DNA of 63,536 bases, the filler included, from Reclinomonas americana ATCC 50394 (taxonomy: Eukaryota): assembly GCA_048213135.1 (NCBI GenBank). It is 8 parts of 5 records of this genome, joined end to end, with 100 filler letters (N's around TTAATTAATTAA, not from the genome) between each part and the next. Parts side by side here need not be neighbours in the genome. Positions count along the whole stretch, not along the records: positions 1 to 28,916 come from PS015676.1; 7 more parts are not named here. One strand, written 5' to 3'. Under the pieces are notes generated by a model. It saw nothing but the letters and a program-made list of their open reading frames with translations. It ran no database searches and was not told the origin of the DNA. The position numbers were made by a program, and so were the translations under genes. Below are positions 1 through 12,019 of this stretch, in pieces (position 1 is the stretch's first letter; each line of letters opens with the position of its first letter).

Positions 1-86
1 GAAAGGGGGAAGGGGGATGGATGAGGAAGGGGGGGAGGGGGGAAAGGGAAGGGGGAAAGGGGAAGGAATGAGGGATGGGGAAGGGG

Positions 87-490
87 AGAGCAAGGGGCAG
101 AGCAAGGGCAGAGCAAGGGCAGAGCAAGGGCAGAGTTGGAGGCAGAGCAAACGGCAGAGCACGGGGCAGAGCAAGGGCAGAGCAAGGGCAGAGCAAGGGC
201 AGAGCAAGGGCAGAGCAAGGGCAGAGCAAGGGCAGAGCAAGGGCAGAGCAAGGCAGAGCAAGGCAGAGCAAGGGCAGAGCAAGGGCAGAGCAAGGGCAGA
301 GCAAGGGGAGAGCAAGGCGAAGCAAGGCGAAGCAAGGGGCAGAGCAAGGGGCAGAGCAAGGGGCAGAGCAAGGGGCAGAGCAAGGGGCAGAGCAAGGGGC
401 AGAGCAAGGGGCAGGGCAAGGGGCAGAGCAAGTGGCAGAGTAGGAGGCAGAGTAGGAGGCAGAGCACGGGCAGAGTTGGAGGCAGAGCAA
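87..490. repeat. 11-12 bp minisatellite (GGCAGAGCAAG(G))n
   Basis: Directly visible tandem unit; it explains the spurious ORFs at 17-597. Confidence 0.95.
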
Positions 491-2188
491 GGGACGACTT
501 GATTCCTTTTCTGTACTATCATCTGCTTCGCTCACAAATCTGCTCGATACTGTGCTCGCTTGCACGCTCAAGAGACAGTTTGAGACAGCAGCATTGAGCT
601 GAAGTCCGCCGACTTCTGCTCGCTCACTCACTCATGACACGGAGAAGTGAGCCCAGTTTGCGGCCGAAAAATTGCCATGCTCATTTTCGCACAAGGATCT
701 TCCGTTATGCAGACGCACAACAAGACACGCACACAGTGCAGAACAAGCACGCGTAGAGAAGAGAAGACACGAGAGCAGTGCGTGCGCACGTGCAAGAACG
801 AAAGAACGAGCAACCAAAGTGATTCCAAAATCAACAACCGTCTCTCGATTGCTCTCCACTTACGCACGCACACTCTTCTTCTCTTCTGCACACTCACCTA
901 TACACACAGAGAGAGCAAGGAGAGGCCAAGAGAGCAAGGAGAGGCCAAGAGAGCAAGAAAACGCGAAAGAGCAAGATACAAAAGTGAATCAAAAATGAGA
1001 TCAAAGTCAGTCTCTTCTGTGTTCTCCAAGCGCGCACACACTCCAATACACACACGGAGAGTGAGTGTGTGTGTGAGAGAGAGAAGGCGAGAGAGAACAG
1101 AGGAGAGCAAGAGAGACACAGAAACGAAAGTGTGACAAAAATGTGACCAAAGTCACTCTCTCCTGTGTTCTCAACGCGCGCACACACACTTCTGCTCTTC
1201 TGCACACTCCCTAGAGAGAGAGAGGAAGAGAGAGAGTGAGGGAGAGAGAGGAGAGCACATAAAAAAACGAATGTGTCNNNNNNNNNNNNNNNNNNNNNNN
1301 NNNNNNNNNNNNNNNNNNNNNNNNNNNNNNNNNNNNNNNNNNNNNNNNNNNNNNNNNNNNNNNNNNNNNNNNNNNNNNNNNNNNNNNNNNNNNNNNNNNN
1401 NNNNNNNNNNNNNNNNNNNNNNNNNNNNNNNNNNNNNNNNNNNNNNNNNNNNNNNNNNNNNNNNNNNNNNNNNNNNNNNNNNNNNNNNNNNNNNNNNNNN
1501 NNNNNNNNNNNNNNNNNNNNNNNNNNNNNNNNNNNNNNNNNNNNNNNNNNNNNNNNNNNNNNNNNNNNNNNNNNNNNNNNNNNNNNNNNNNNNNNNNNNN
1601 NNNNNNNNNNNNNNNNNNNNNNNNNNNNNNNNNNNNNNNNNNNNNNNNNNNNNNNNNNNNNNNNNNNNNNNNNNNNNNNNNNNNNNNNNNNNNNNNNNNN
1701 NNNNNNNNNNNNNNNNNNNNNNNNNNNNNNNNNNNNNNNNNNNNNNNNNNNNNNNNNNNNNNNNNNNNNNNNNNNNNNNNNNNNNNNNNNNNNNNNNNNN
1801 NNNNNNNNNNNNNNNNNNNNNNNNNNNNNNNNNNNNNNNNNNNNNNNNNNNNNNNNNNNNNNNNNNNNNNNNNNNNNNNNNNNNNNNNNNNNNNNNNNNN
1901 NNNNNNNNNNNNNNNNNNNNNNNNNNNNNNNNNNNNNNNNNNNNNNNNNNNNNNNNNNNNNNNNNNNNNNNNNNNNNNNNNNNNNNNNNNNNNNNNNNNN
2001 NNNNNNNNNNNNNNNNNNNNNNNNNNNNNNNNNNNNNNNNNNNNNNNNNNNNNNNNNNNNNNNNNNNNNNNNNNNNNNNNNNNNNNNNNNNNNNNNNNNN
2101 NNNNNNNNNNNNNNNNNNNNNNNNNNNNNNNNNNNNNNNNNNNNNNNNNNNNNNNNNNNNNNNNNNNNNNNNNNNNNNNNNNNNNNNN

Positions 2189-2456
2189 TGAGCGATGCAC
2201 ACCAGCACACTCAATGCACAAAAAGATGCCGTGCTGCACAGAGGCCCACGTCGGATTCTTCGCCGCACAGTCAATACACGTCTGAGACAAGACACAAACA
2301 TAACCGAATGCGAAAAAAACGCGTGTCAAACCGCAAAAAAAAAAGAGTCACGCTCTTTCTTCCTTTTTATGCTCATACCTTGTTCTCGGGCTTGGCGCAC
2401 AATCGTCGCAGCACGGATTTGTAATCAAAAACCGCTGCGTGCTCCTGCTCCGCCAT
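2189..2456 (-). CDS. ADP-ribosylation factor GTPase-activating protein, 5' part (exons 2456-2379 and 2281-2189, then gap)
   Basis: Spliced translation [57 protein letters not shown] contains the ArfGAP CxxC-x16-CxxC-x4-R zinc finger; GT-AG intron. Confidence 0.92.
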
Positions 2457-2531
2457 TCTTTTTTGTTTGTGCAAAAGTCGTTCCACGGTCGGCTCCAGTC
2501 GACGGACGAAAGCATTCACGCACACTGCATC
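2457..2531. promoter_or_regulatory. Putative bidirectional promoter between divergent ArfGAP and NOP56
   Basis: Inferred start codons at 2456 (-) and 2532 (+) are only 75 bp apart. Confidence 0.55.
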
Positions 2532-4720
2532 ATGGTGAGCCGGCGCACACGTTTCTCCTGAACTGCTTCTGTGCAGCCTGCGCTCCTTCTCGTCTCGCAC
2601 TCTGCTTGCTTTCGTCGTGTTGTTTTCTTGTTTTTATGTGTGTGAATGTCGGCCATTACTCACTCTTTTGTTTTGTTGTTTTTCGTGTGCAGACGCTTTA
2701 CGTGTTGTTTGAGAGTGCCAATGGGTATGCGCTGTTTGAGCGTGTGGCGGGCGATGAGATTGCGCAGAATGTGTCGGGTGAGTGGGTTTTTTTGGGCGGA
2801 AAGTGGCCATGGTGATGCGCATGTGCACTTGCACTTGCGACGCCGACGAGAGTTTGCGTGTGCGTGTGTGGTGCATGCTGTCTGTGTGCATATTGGTGGT
2901 GGTACATGCAGGGTGACATCACCGCGCACTGCATCCCTCGTCATGCACTCTGCACTCGGTGTCTCTGCTCTCTGCGTCTGTGCCCCAAGTGTCTCCGCAC
3001 TCTGCTCTCCGTGTCTCTGCTCTCCGTGTCTCTGCACTCGGTATCTCTGCCCTCGGTGTCTCTGCTCTCCGTGTCTCTGCTCTCCGTGTCTCTGCACTCT
3101 GCGTCTCTGCACTCTGCGTCTCTGCTCTCCGCGTCTCTACCCTCTGCGTCTCTGCACTCTGCGTCTCTGCACTCGGTGTCTCTGCACTCAGTGTCTCTGC
3201 ACTCAGTGTCTCTGCTCTTCGTTTGCCGCAGTGTACTCTTGGTGTCTCTGCTCTCTGCGTCTCTGCTCTCTGCGTCTCTGCTCTCTGCGTCTCTGCACTC
3301 TGCGTGTCTGCACTCTGCGTCTCTGCTCTCTGCACTCAGAGTCTGTGCTCTCGGTGTCTGTGCTCCCCGCGTCTCTGCACTCGGTGTCTCTGCACTCGGT
3401 GTCTCTGCACTCGGTGTCTCTGCTCTCCGTGTCTCTGCTCTCCTTGTCTCTGCTCTTCTTGTCCACACCCACTCCCGTCACCCTCTCCATTCTCCCTTAC
3501 TCACCCCCGCCTTCTCCTTCTCCCCCCACAGCCGTACAAGACCGCGCCCGCGATTTCGACCGCTTCTCCACCCTCGTGAAGCTGGAGTCGTTCTGCCCGT
3601 TCGAGTCGGCCGAGGACGCACTCGAGAACATCAACTGCGTGTCGGAGGGTGCGTTCCTCTCCCTACCCCCTCTCTCTCCATTCCTGCATTCTCACTTCCC
3701 CACTTTGTGCAGGCGTGGTGACCAAGACGCTGGAGGCGTTTTTGGAGGGCAGGGGCCTGCGCGGCAAGACCGGCAAGAAGTCCAAGGTGATGCTCGGCGT
3801 GTCGGAGCCCAAGCTCGGCAATGCCATTCAAGAGGGCATGTCGGTGCGTAAGCCCTCGACTCTGTCTTTTCCCCTTCCCTCTTTTTTCACCCTCTCCTCT
3901 CCACAGATCTCCTGCCAGTCGAACGACGTGATTGGCGAGCTGGTCCGCGGCATCCGCATGCACTTCCACAAGTTTGTCAGCGGTCTCGGTGAGATCGACG
4001 TGCAGACGGCGCAGCGTGGTCTGGCGCACAGCTACTCGCGCTCCAAGGTCAAGTTCAACGTCAACCGTATCGACAATATGATTATCCAGGCCATTGCGCT
4101 GTTGGATCAGCTGGACAAGGATGTCAATACGTTTGCCATGCGTGTGCGGTGCGTGAAGGGGGAAGAAGGGGAAGGGAGAAGGGGGATAAAAGGGAAGGGG
4201 GGGGGAAGGGAAAGGGGAAGGGGAAGGGGAAAAAGGGAGGGGGGCGGAAAGGAGATAGGGGAGGAGATGAAGTGATAGGGGGAAGGAAATGGGAGTGACA
4301 GGAACGAAGTGCATCTGAGGACAAGTAAGGCATTTTGCGTGTGTATTCTTAATCGCTGGCGGCTTTTCTCTTTCTGCTCATCTCGTTGTGCTCCCCAACG
4401 TCAGTTTGTCTGTCTATCCCTTTCGTCTCTCTCTCTATCTCTTATGCTTGATCGACATCCTCTTTTCTTTTTTTCTCATTCTTCTCATTCTCTCGTTCAT
4501 CGCATTCTCCTTTGTGTGGTCATTAAGTCACTGGTGTGTTTTCTCTGTGTGTTCCTCCTCGGTCGCCGACTCTGTTGTCTCTCGTTTTCTCTCTCTCTCT
4601 CTCTTCTTTTTCTCTTCATTCTCGCGGTGTTGGCTTCTTCCTTGTGAGCAACTAGTGGTTTGCTCTGTTTGCTCATCCTCTCCGTGCACCTTGTCACTCT
4701 GTTCAGTCTGTCACGCTCGT

Positions 4721-4766
<46 letters not shown>

Positions 4767-7700
4767 TTGATTTCTTTCTGCCTGCCTGCCTGTCTGCTTG
4801 GGCGACTCTTTTTTTGTCTCGCTCTTGCTCGCTTTCCCTCCCTTCTGTCTTGCTTCTTTCATTCGGTCTGATGTGAGCCTTGCGGTTTGTCTTCCTGCCT
4901 GTCGGTCAGTCTGTCCTTCTGTCGCTTCTCTCTTGCTCTCTCGCATGTGCTTCTTTCGACTTGTCTGTTTGCCAGTCTGTCGGCATTTCATTGTCTTCAT
5001 GCTACTCCTGTCTCTCCTTCTCCCTGTTTCTCTTTCTCCCTCTCCTGTCTCTCTCTCTCTCTCTCTCCCTCTCTCTCTCCCTCTCCACCTCTCTTTCCCC
5101 CTCCCTCTCCGATCATTGAGATTCATGAAACTGACGTGTTTTGTCTTGTCACAGTGAGTGGTACGGCTGGCACTTCCCCGAGCTCGTCAAGGTCGTGAAC
5201 GACAACTTCACCTACGCGCGCCTCGTCAAGTTTATTGGAAACAAGAGGTTTGTCCCGTCTTTTCTTGCAGTCTGTGACTGTCATTGTGGCTGATTCGTTG
5301 CGACGTGCGCAGCACGCTGTCGGAGGAGTCACTCGCCGGCCTCGAGGAGATCACGATGGACGCTGATCAGGCACGCCGTGTGTTTGAGGCGGCACAAAAG
5401 TCCATGGGTGAGTGAGAGGAGAAGGGAAAGGGGAAAAGGGGGAAGGGTAGAATGGCACAGGGAAGAGGGAGACAGCGATTGCACGCACATCGGTCAAGGG
5501 TTAAGGGTGGAGAGAGATTGCACGCGCAGCGGTCAAGGGTTTGGGGTGGAGAGAGATTGATTGCGCACGCAGCGGTCAAGGGTTAAGGGTGGTGAGAGAT
5601 TGCGCGCACAGCGGTTAAGAGTGGAGACACATTGATTGCACACAGAGCGGTCAAAGATTAAGGGTGGAGAGACAGCGATTGCACACACAGCGGTCAAGGG
5701 TCGAGGGTGGAGAGAGATTGATTGCGGACGCAGCGGTCAAGGGTTAGGGGTGGAGAGAGACACTGGTTGCACGTACACACCGATTAAGGGTTAAGGGTAG
5801 AGAGACAGTGATTGCACGCAGAGCGGTCAAGGGTTAAGGGTGGAGAGAGACACTGCTAGCACGCACAGCATTCAAGGGTTGAGGGCGGAGAGAGAGAGAG
5901 CGATTGCACACACAGCGATCAAGGGTTGAGGGTGGATAAGAAGAGACAGCGATTGCACATTTCGGTCAAAGATCGTTGAATTCTCCCCTCTTCTTCTCCA
6001 CATGCTAACCTTCTCCTTCAATCGCTTACAGGCGCCGACCTCGGCGAGATCGACATGGTCAACATTGAGCGATTCGCGGAGAAGGTCATCAACCTGGCCA
6101 AGTACCGCAAGGACCTGCACAGCTACCTCGTCACCAAGATGAACGCTGTGGCGCCGAACCTGGCCGCCATTATTGGCGAGCAGGTTTGTGATTGGGAAAG
6201 GGAGAGAAAGAGAAAGAAAAGTGAGAGAGTGAGGAATGAGGTGGATTTGAGAGAGTGAGAAATGCTAGAGCCTGTAGTGAGGGGAAGTTGAAGGCGAGAG
6301 AATAGGAGTGTGGCGTTGGACGGATTGTCGAGGTGAGAAAGAACAGACACGCGAATAAGGAATGCATTTCAGAGAGTGAAAGAGCAGCACCAAGGCTGCA
6401 CGAGCACAGTGAGACACGAGAATGAGCAGATTCTTGACAAGACAAAGGAGCCAGTGGAGAGACTGAGACTTGGTTGGAACAGAGCGAGAGAAATGAGAAT
6501 AGGTGATCGAAAGAAGTGCAGAGAGGAGGAAGAATAAAGGGTGAGAGAATGGGAAGCAGAGAGATACGGAGTGGAGAGCGTGAGAGACGAAGCGCGAGAC
6601 GAAGAGAGTGGGCGAGAGAGGGTGGCAGTTTGTGCGAGAGCGAGAGAACAACGGAGACATCTGTTTCACTCAACCATCCCCTCTTCACAGGTGGCCGCCC
6701 GCCTCATCCAGCACGCTGGCAGTCTCACAAACCTGGCCAAGTACCCGGCCTCCACTGTGCAGATTCTCGGCGCTGAGAAGGCTCTCTTCCGGTGCGTGTG
6801 CCAGACGAGATAATATTGCCGCTGTAATTCTCTCTTGCTTAATCCCTCTTGTCTGCTTCTGAGTGCACATTGCCCATTTCGTCTCGTTATCTGTTTTGTT
6901 TTGATTTTCTTGTTGTTTCCTTGTTGCTTGATCCCTTTATCTTCTCCTGGTTGTGTCACATTTCTTGCGTCATTCCCGTGCCGTCTTTTTATGTTCATTT
7001 TCGTGTTCCTTATTGTTTCTTCGTTGTTTGGTCCCTTTATCTGCTCCCAAGTGTGTTACATTTCTTGCGTCCTCTTTGCTGCATTTCTCTCTCTCTCTCT
7101 CTCTCCCCTTCTATCCTTTCTCCCCTTCTCTCCTTTCTCCCCTTCTCTCCTCCTCTTTACCTTCCCCTCCTTCCCCCTTTCCCTTCCTTCCCCTTTATCC
7201 CCCTTTCCCTTTTCGCTCACCCCTCCCATTCCCTTTTGTGTGCAGCGCCCTGAAGACCCGCTCCAACACCCCCAAGTACGGCCTGCTCTTCCACGCCTCG
7301 TTCATTGGCCGCGCCTCGGCCAAGGACAAGGGCCGCATGTCGCGCTTCCTCGCCAACAAGTGCTCGATCGCCGCCCGCATCGACTCGTTCAGCGACAAGC
7401 CATCGCGCGTCTTTGGCGAGCTGCTGAAGGAGCAGGTGGAGGAGCGATTGCAGTTTTTCGAGACGGGCCAGGCACCACGCCGCAATGCCGACGTGATGCA
7501 CATGGCGTACGAGAAGGCGCTGGCGGAGTTTGGCGATTTGCTCGGCGATGAGGACGAGGACGAGGACGGCGGTGACGTCAAGATGAAGGCCTCGGGCGAG
7601 AAGAAGTCCAAGAAGGACAAGAAGAGCAAGAAGCGTGCTCGCGAGGAGGAGCCGGAGGAGGAGGAGGAGGAGGCAAAGGAGGCCGAGCCGGAGAAGAAGA

Positions 7701-7771
7701 AGAGCAAGAAGGATAAGAAGAAGGGCAAGAAGGTGGTGGAGGAGGAGGAGGAGGCGGTACCAGCAGCAGCG
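2532..7771 (+). CDS. NOP56: Nucleolar protein 56 (box C/D snoRNP). Exons 2532-2534, 2693-2777, 3532-3648, 3713-3843, 3907-4148, 5155-5247, 5313-5407, 6032-6183, 6691-6791, 7246-7771; 3' end uncertain
   Basis: Motifs [85 protein letters not shown] and a K/E-rich tail; exon phases join in frame. Confidence 0.96.
2945..3460. repeat. 15-bp intronic minisatellite (GTGTCTCTGCWCTCN)n in NOP56 intron 2
   Basis: Tandem unit visible. Confidence 0.9.
5470..5960 (+). repeat. ~45-50 bp intronic minisatellite (GATTGCACGCA..GCGGTCAAGGGTTAAGGGTGGAGAGA)
   Basis: About 10 degenerate units; same family as 58755-59510 (reverse complement). Confidence 0.88.
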
Positions 7772-9590
7772 GTGCGTGGGAGGGGAAGAGAAGGGGGAAG
7801 GGGGGTAGAGGGGAAGGGGTAGAAGGGAAGGGGTAGAAGGGGAAGGGTGGAGGGGGAAGGTGTAGAAGGGGAAGGGTGGAGGGGGAAGGGGGAAGGGGAG
7901 GGGAGGATGTGTGCCTTACGTGTGATTGTCTCTGTTTTGTTAGTGTTTGTGTGTCTTATCTTGTGTGGGTATCACATGTTTATATGTGTGTGTTGTTGTG
8001 TTGTGCTTGCGTTGATGTTTATGTCTTCTTTGCAAGTCTGTTTGTTTCTGTGGTCAATGTACTCTTGTGTGGTGTCTTCGCATTGTGTCACTTGCGTTGC
8101 TTTCTTGTCGTCTCTGTTTTTACTTCACTTTGTCTACGATGTTGTGGGTGTGTGGAGGCATCGAAGCGTGTTGCTTGTTTACTTTAATGTTCATTTGTGC
8201 ATGCAGTTCTTCTCTTGTTTGTGTTTGTGCCTTGTGGTTCGTTGGTTTTGAATCTCTCTCAGATCTTTTGGTGGAGTATGTGTTTGTGTGTGTCGTGATT
8301 GTCTGCGTTTGGAAGGTGCATGCGTGCGTTCATTTCTGTCTGCATCTCCTTGTTGATGTCGAGTGCCTCTGTGATATGGTTGCATGTCGTTTGTATTTGC
8401 TTGTTCTGTGAATAAGTGTGCGTTTGTGCATTTGTGGGTTCATTTGCGTCAGCGAGTTTGCATGTTTCTCGAGTGTTCACGATTGTGAGTGTGTAAGCTT
8501 CATGCGAATGCCTTTGTCTTGAAGTCGGGCTTCTTGTGCGATTGTGTGTTTGTGTGTCGCGCTGTTCATTTTCTTGGAATGAGACTATTTGTTTATGCTT
8601 GTCTGTTTGTACATAACCCGGTCTCTCTCTCTCTTTCTCTCTCTCTCTCNNNNNNNNNNNNNNNNNNNNNNNNNNNNNNNNNNNNNNNNNNNNNNNNNNN
8701 NNNNNNNNNNNNNNNNNNNNNNNNNNNNNNNNNNNNNNNNNNNNNNNNNNNNNNNNNNNNNNNNNNNNNNNNNNNNNNNNNNNNNNNNNNNNNNNNNNNN
8801 NNNNNNNNNNNNNNNNNNNNNNNNNNNNNNNNNNNNNNNNNNNNNNNNNNNNNNNNNNNNNNNNNNNNNNNNNNNNNNNNNNNNNNNNNNNNNNNNNNNN
8901 NNNNNNNNNNNNNNNNNNNNNNNNNNNNNNNNNNNNNNNNNNNNNNNNNNNNNNNNNNNNNNNNNNNNNNNNNNNNNNNNNNNNNNNNNNNNNNNNNNNN
9001 NNNNNNNNNNNNNNNNNNNNNNNNNNNNNNGAAGGAAGAAGAAGAGAGAGTGTGTGTGTTGGCCATGCTCGCAAGTCTTCCATCTCTCACACGCGCGCAC
9101 GTTGTCTTTTGCTGCTGCTTGTGTGTGTGTGTCTCTCTGTTTGGCGAGTGTGTATGTGACGATGTCATTGTTGTTCTGCGTTGTGTGTGTGTTGTCTTGT
9201 GCAAATTCGTTTTTCGCGCGCATGTTTGTTTGTTTGTTTGTTGGGCGTGGTGTTGCGCGCTGGTGGGGAGAGAGGGAGTGAGGAGGGGAGGAGGGTGAGA
9301 GAGATGGGGAGAGATAGAGAGAGTTTCGTGTCATTTGTGAGTGGCGGATGGGTGCATTGCTCAAACACTCAGCGAGAGCACAGAGAAGGAGAAGGAGGTT
9401 GTCGTGCTGTCTCCTTGCCTGGCCGTCTGGCTCTCTCTCTCTCTCTCTCTCTCACGCTCCAATCGCTTTCTCTTTCTTAATCCATTTGTCTTTCTCTTTT
9501 TTGCTCCCTCGCTCCCTTGCATTCTCTCACTTTCCCTCCCTCCCTCCCCGCTCTCTCCCTGCTCTCCTCCTGCCCTGTGTATCTATCTGT

Positions 9591-9624
<34 letters not shown>

Positions 9625-9667
9625 NNNNNNNNNNNNNNNNNNNNNNNNNNNNNNNNNNNNNNNNNNN

Positions 9668-9720
<53 letters not shown>

Positions 9721-10232
9721 CTCTCCCTCTCCTCTCTCTCTCCTCTCTCCCTGCTCTCCTCCTGCCCTCCATGTATTTACGTGTCATTCACTTTCTCTCT
9801 CTGTCTGTCTCTTCTTGATTGATTCGTCCTTCCCCGTGCTTTTCTTGTGAGACGCTTGTTTCTATGCTTCCGTGCTTTGGTGCATCCTGCCCGTGCCTCG
9901 CCTTACTCGCTGTCCGTCAGACCCTCGCTTGTTCTGGGTGTCTCAGTCTTTGCCGTTGTTTGTGCGAGACAGGGTCGCACTCCTTCCTTGTTTTGCATGT
10001 GCTGCGCTTCGTGGCTCGTTTTGCTCAACGGAAGCGACTCACTCTCATCTCCTCTCTCTCTTTTTCTCTCTCTCTCTCTCTCACGCACACAAACACACGC
10101 ACTCTTTCTCTCACATTGGCGCTTCGACGTTTCCTTTCTGTGCGTGCAGTTCGTCTTCCTCCCCTTGAGCCTCCCTCATGCTTCATGCCATTTGTCTTCG
10201 TTCTTAATCCACTCGCGCCATTCCTCTCGCAG

Positions 10233-11475
10233 GTCCACTTTGTCACCAACTTTGCCTCGTTCCTCGTGGAGGGCGCCGACACACCGGTCGACCAAGTGCT
10301 GTATGCTCGTTGCGTTTCGCCTCTCTCGCTGCACTCGCTCCTGCTCTGGCACTCATTTTTTCTCTCTCTCTCATTTCACCCCTTGTACCCTTTCCTTCTC
10401 TTCCCCTGTTCAGGCGACACGCTGGAGAACGCCGTGCTCCTGTGCGCACGCATGGGCGACCTGGACGCATTCGACATCAACATGGCGCAGCTGAAGACGT
10501 ACTACACCGACTTCCGGTGCGTCGCCCTCCCACTCCCGTGTCCTCACTATCGCCCGAGCTCACTCTTGTCATGGCAGTGGCAAGGCACGGCCGTCAGAAC
10601 GCGAGTACATGATCCGCGGACTCAACTTGCTCCGATTGCTGGCGCAGCACTCACGTGCGCGCTTCCACACCGAGTTGGAGTTGATTCCGATTGATCAGCG
10701 GTGAGTAGCACGGGAGGGAATGGCGGGAGGACAGGACAGGCACTCGGCGATTGTCCTCTTGCATGTGTGCTCCTTGTATCTCTGATCGCTCTTCTGCTGC
10801 CCTCTCTGGCGCCCCTCGCTTTTGCCTCATGCCCTCCTTTCCCCTTTCCTCCACACAGCGAATCCAACGTGTGGATCACGCACCCCGTCAAGCTGGAGCG
10901 CCACCTCATGGAGGGCGCCTACTCCAAGGTCTGGGCCTCGCGCATGGACGTACCACACCCGACGTACGCCCTCTTTGTGGAGGAGCTGATGAAGACTGTG
11001 CGGTGCGTTGGCGGTGTGCAGAAGAGATTGAGTGGGTTGATGTGTTCTGCTTGTAGGCAGCTTTGTCCAAGTGTTCGTTACTCTCCCTTATCCTTGCACT
11101 CTCTCTTGTCGAGTATGTGTGCGTTTATGCATGTCTGTCTGTTGCTCCCTTCTCATTTCTCCCCCCTTTCCCCCTCCCACCCCCCTTCCCCCTTCCCCCT
11201 TGCCCCTTGCCCCTTGCCCCTTGCCCCTCCACAGTAAGGAGTTCGCGGCCTGCGCTGAAAAGTCGTTTGAGCGCCTGCGCGTCACCGAGGCGTGCCGCAT
11301 GCTGCTCTTCGACTCGCTGCAGGAGCTCAAGGCCTTCACCGACAACCTGGGCTGGCGAGAGCAGAACGGCGAGTTCATCTTCCAGTCGGAGGAGACCAAG
11401 GAGCACGTGGTGCCGGCGCGCAACATTATCAGCAAGGCGCTGGCGTACGCCAAGGAGCTGGAGCGAATCATCTGA
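10233..11475 (+). CDS. PSMD8: 26S proteasome regulatory subunit Rpn12, 5' exon(s) missing. Exons 10233-10308, 10414-10516, 10578-10700, 10859-11002, 11235-11475
   Basis: ARDTLE, MAQLKTYYTD, GLNLLRLLAQ..FHTELELI, HPVKLERHLMEGAYSKV, C-terminal AYAKELERII-stop. Confidence 0.95.
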
Positions 11476-12019
11476 GAAAAGAAAGGAAGAGGGAGACTCG
11501 AATGGGAGAGCGTGACGGAGAGAGCAATACAGTTTGCGGTTGAAGGGAAATTGTTGAAGGGGACTGGGCGCAGAGGGAGCAGTTGGGGAGGGACACTTTT
11601 CACGCAGTAGTCAAGGTTTATGGTTGTGAAGCTGTTCCTCGCGTCACGCCCATGTTCGAGCGTGGAGGTGAGAGTGGATGCATTCACTTGGTTCCTTTAA
11701 CTTGAGTTGCGCCACGACAATTGTTCTCTGTCAGTGACGAAGAGAAGGACGGGAAGAGTCAGCGCATGGGTGCATCGTGTTTGGTTGATGAGGCACATTG
11801 TTCTCTGTCAGTGGGGAATCGATGCCGAATAGGAAGACGGGAAGAGTCAGCGGATGGTTGATTAGACGCAGATAATGTCTGCATCGATTTCGCTCTCTCA
11901 CGAGCCCAGCCAGTGCCTACAGTTTGAAGAGAGACTGAGCTGGTTGTACCTGTTACCACGCACCATAGCTTGTGCATTTGGTGAGTGAGCAGAGCTGCAA
12001 ATGATGGCAACAGATGCGG

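Noticed and set aside
17..1277. Long ORFs in all frames, and other Leu/Ser- or Arg/Glu-rich ORFs across the window
   Set aside because: Products of minisatellites, microsatellites or N runs, with no coding signature.
2778..7245. Intronic snoRNAs expected in NOP56
   Set aside because: No convincing RTGATGA..CTGA pair with a terminal stem found by eye; an Infernal or snoscan search is needed.
11720..11860. Short direct duplication (TGTTCTCTGTCAGTG..GACGGGAAGAGTCAGCG) between convergent genes
   Set aside because: Two degenerate copies only, with no evidence of function or mobility.
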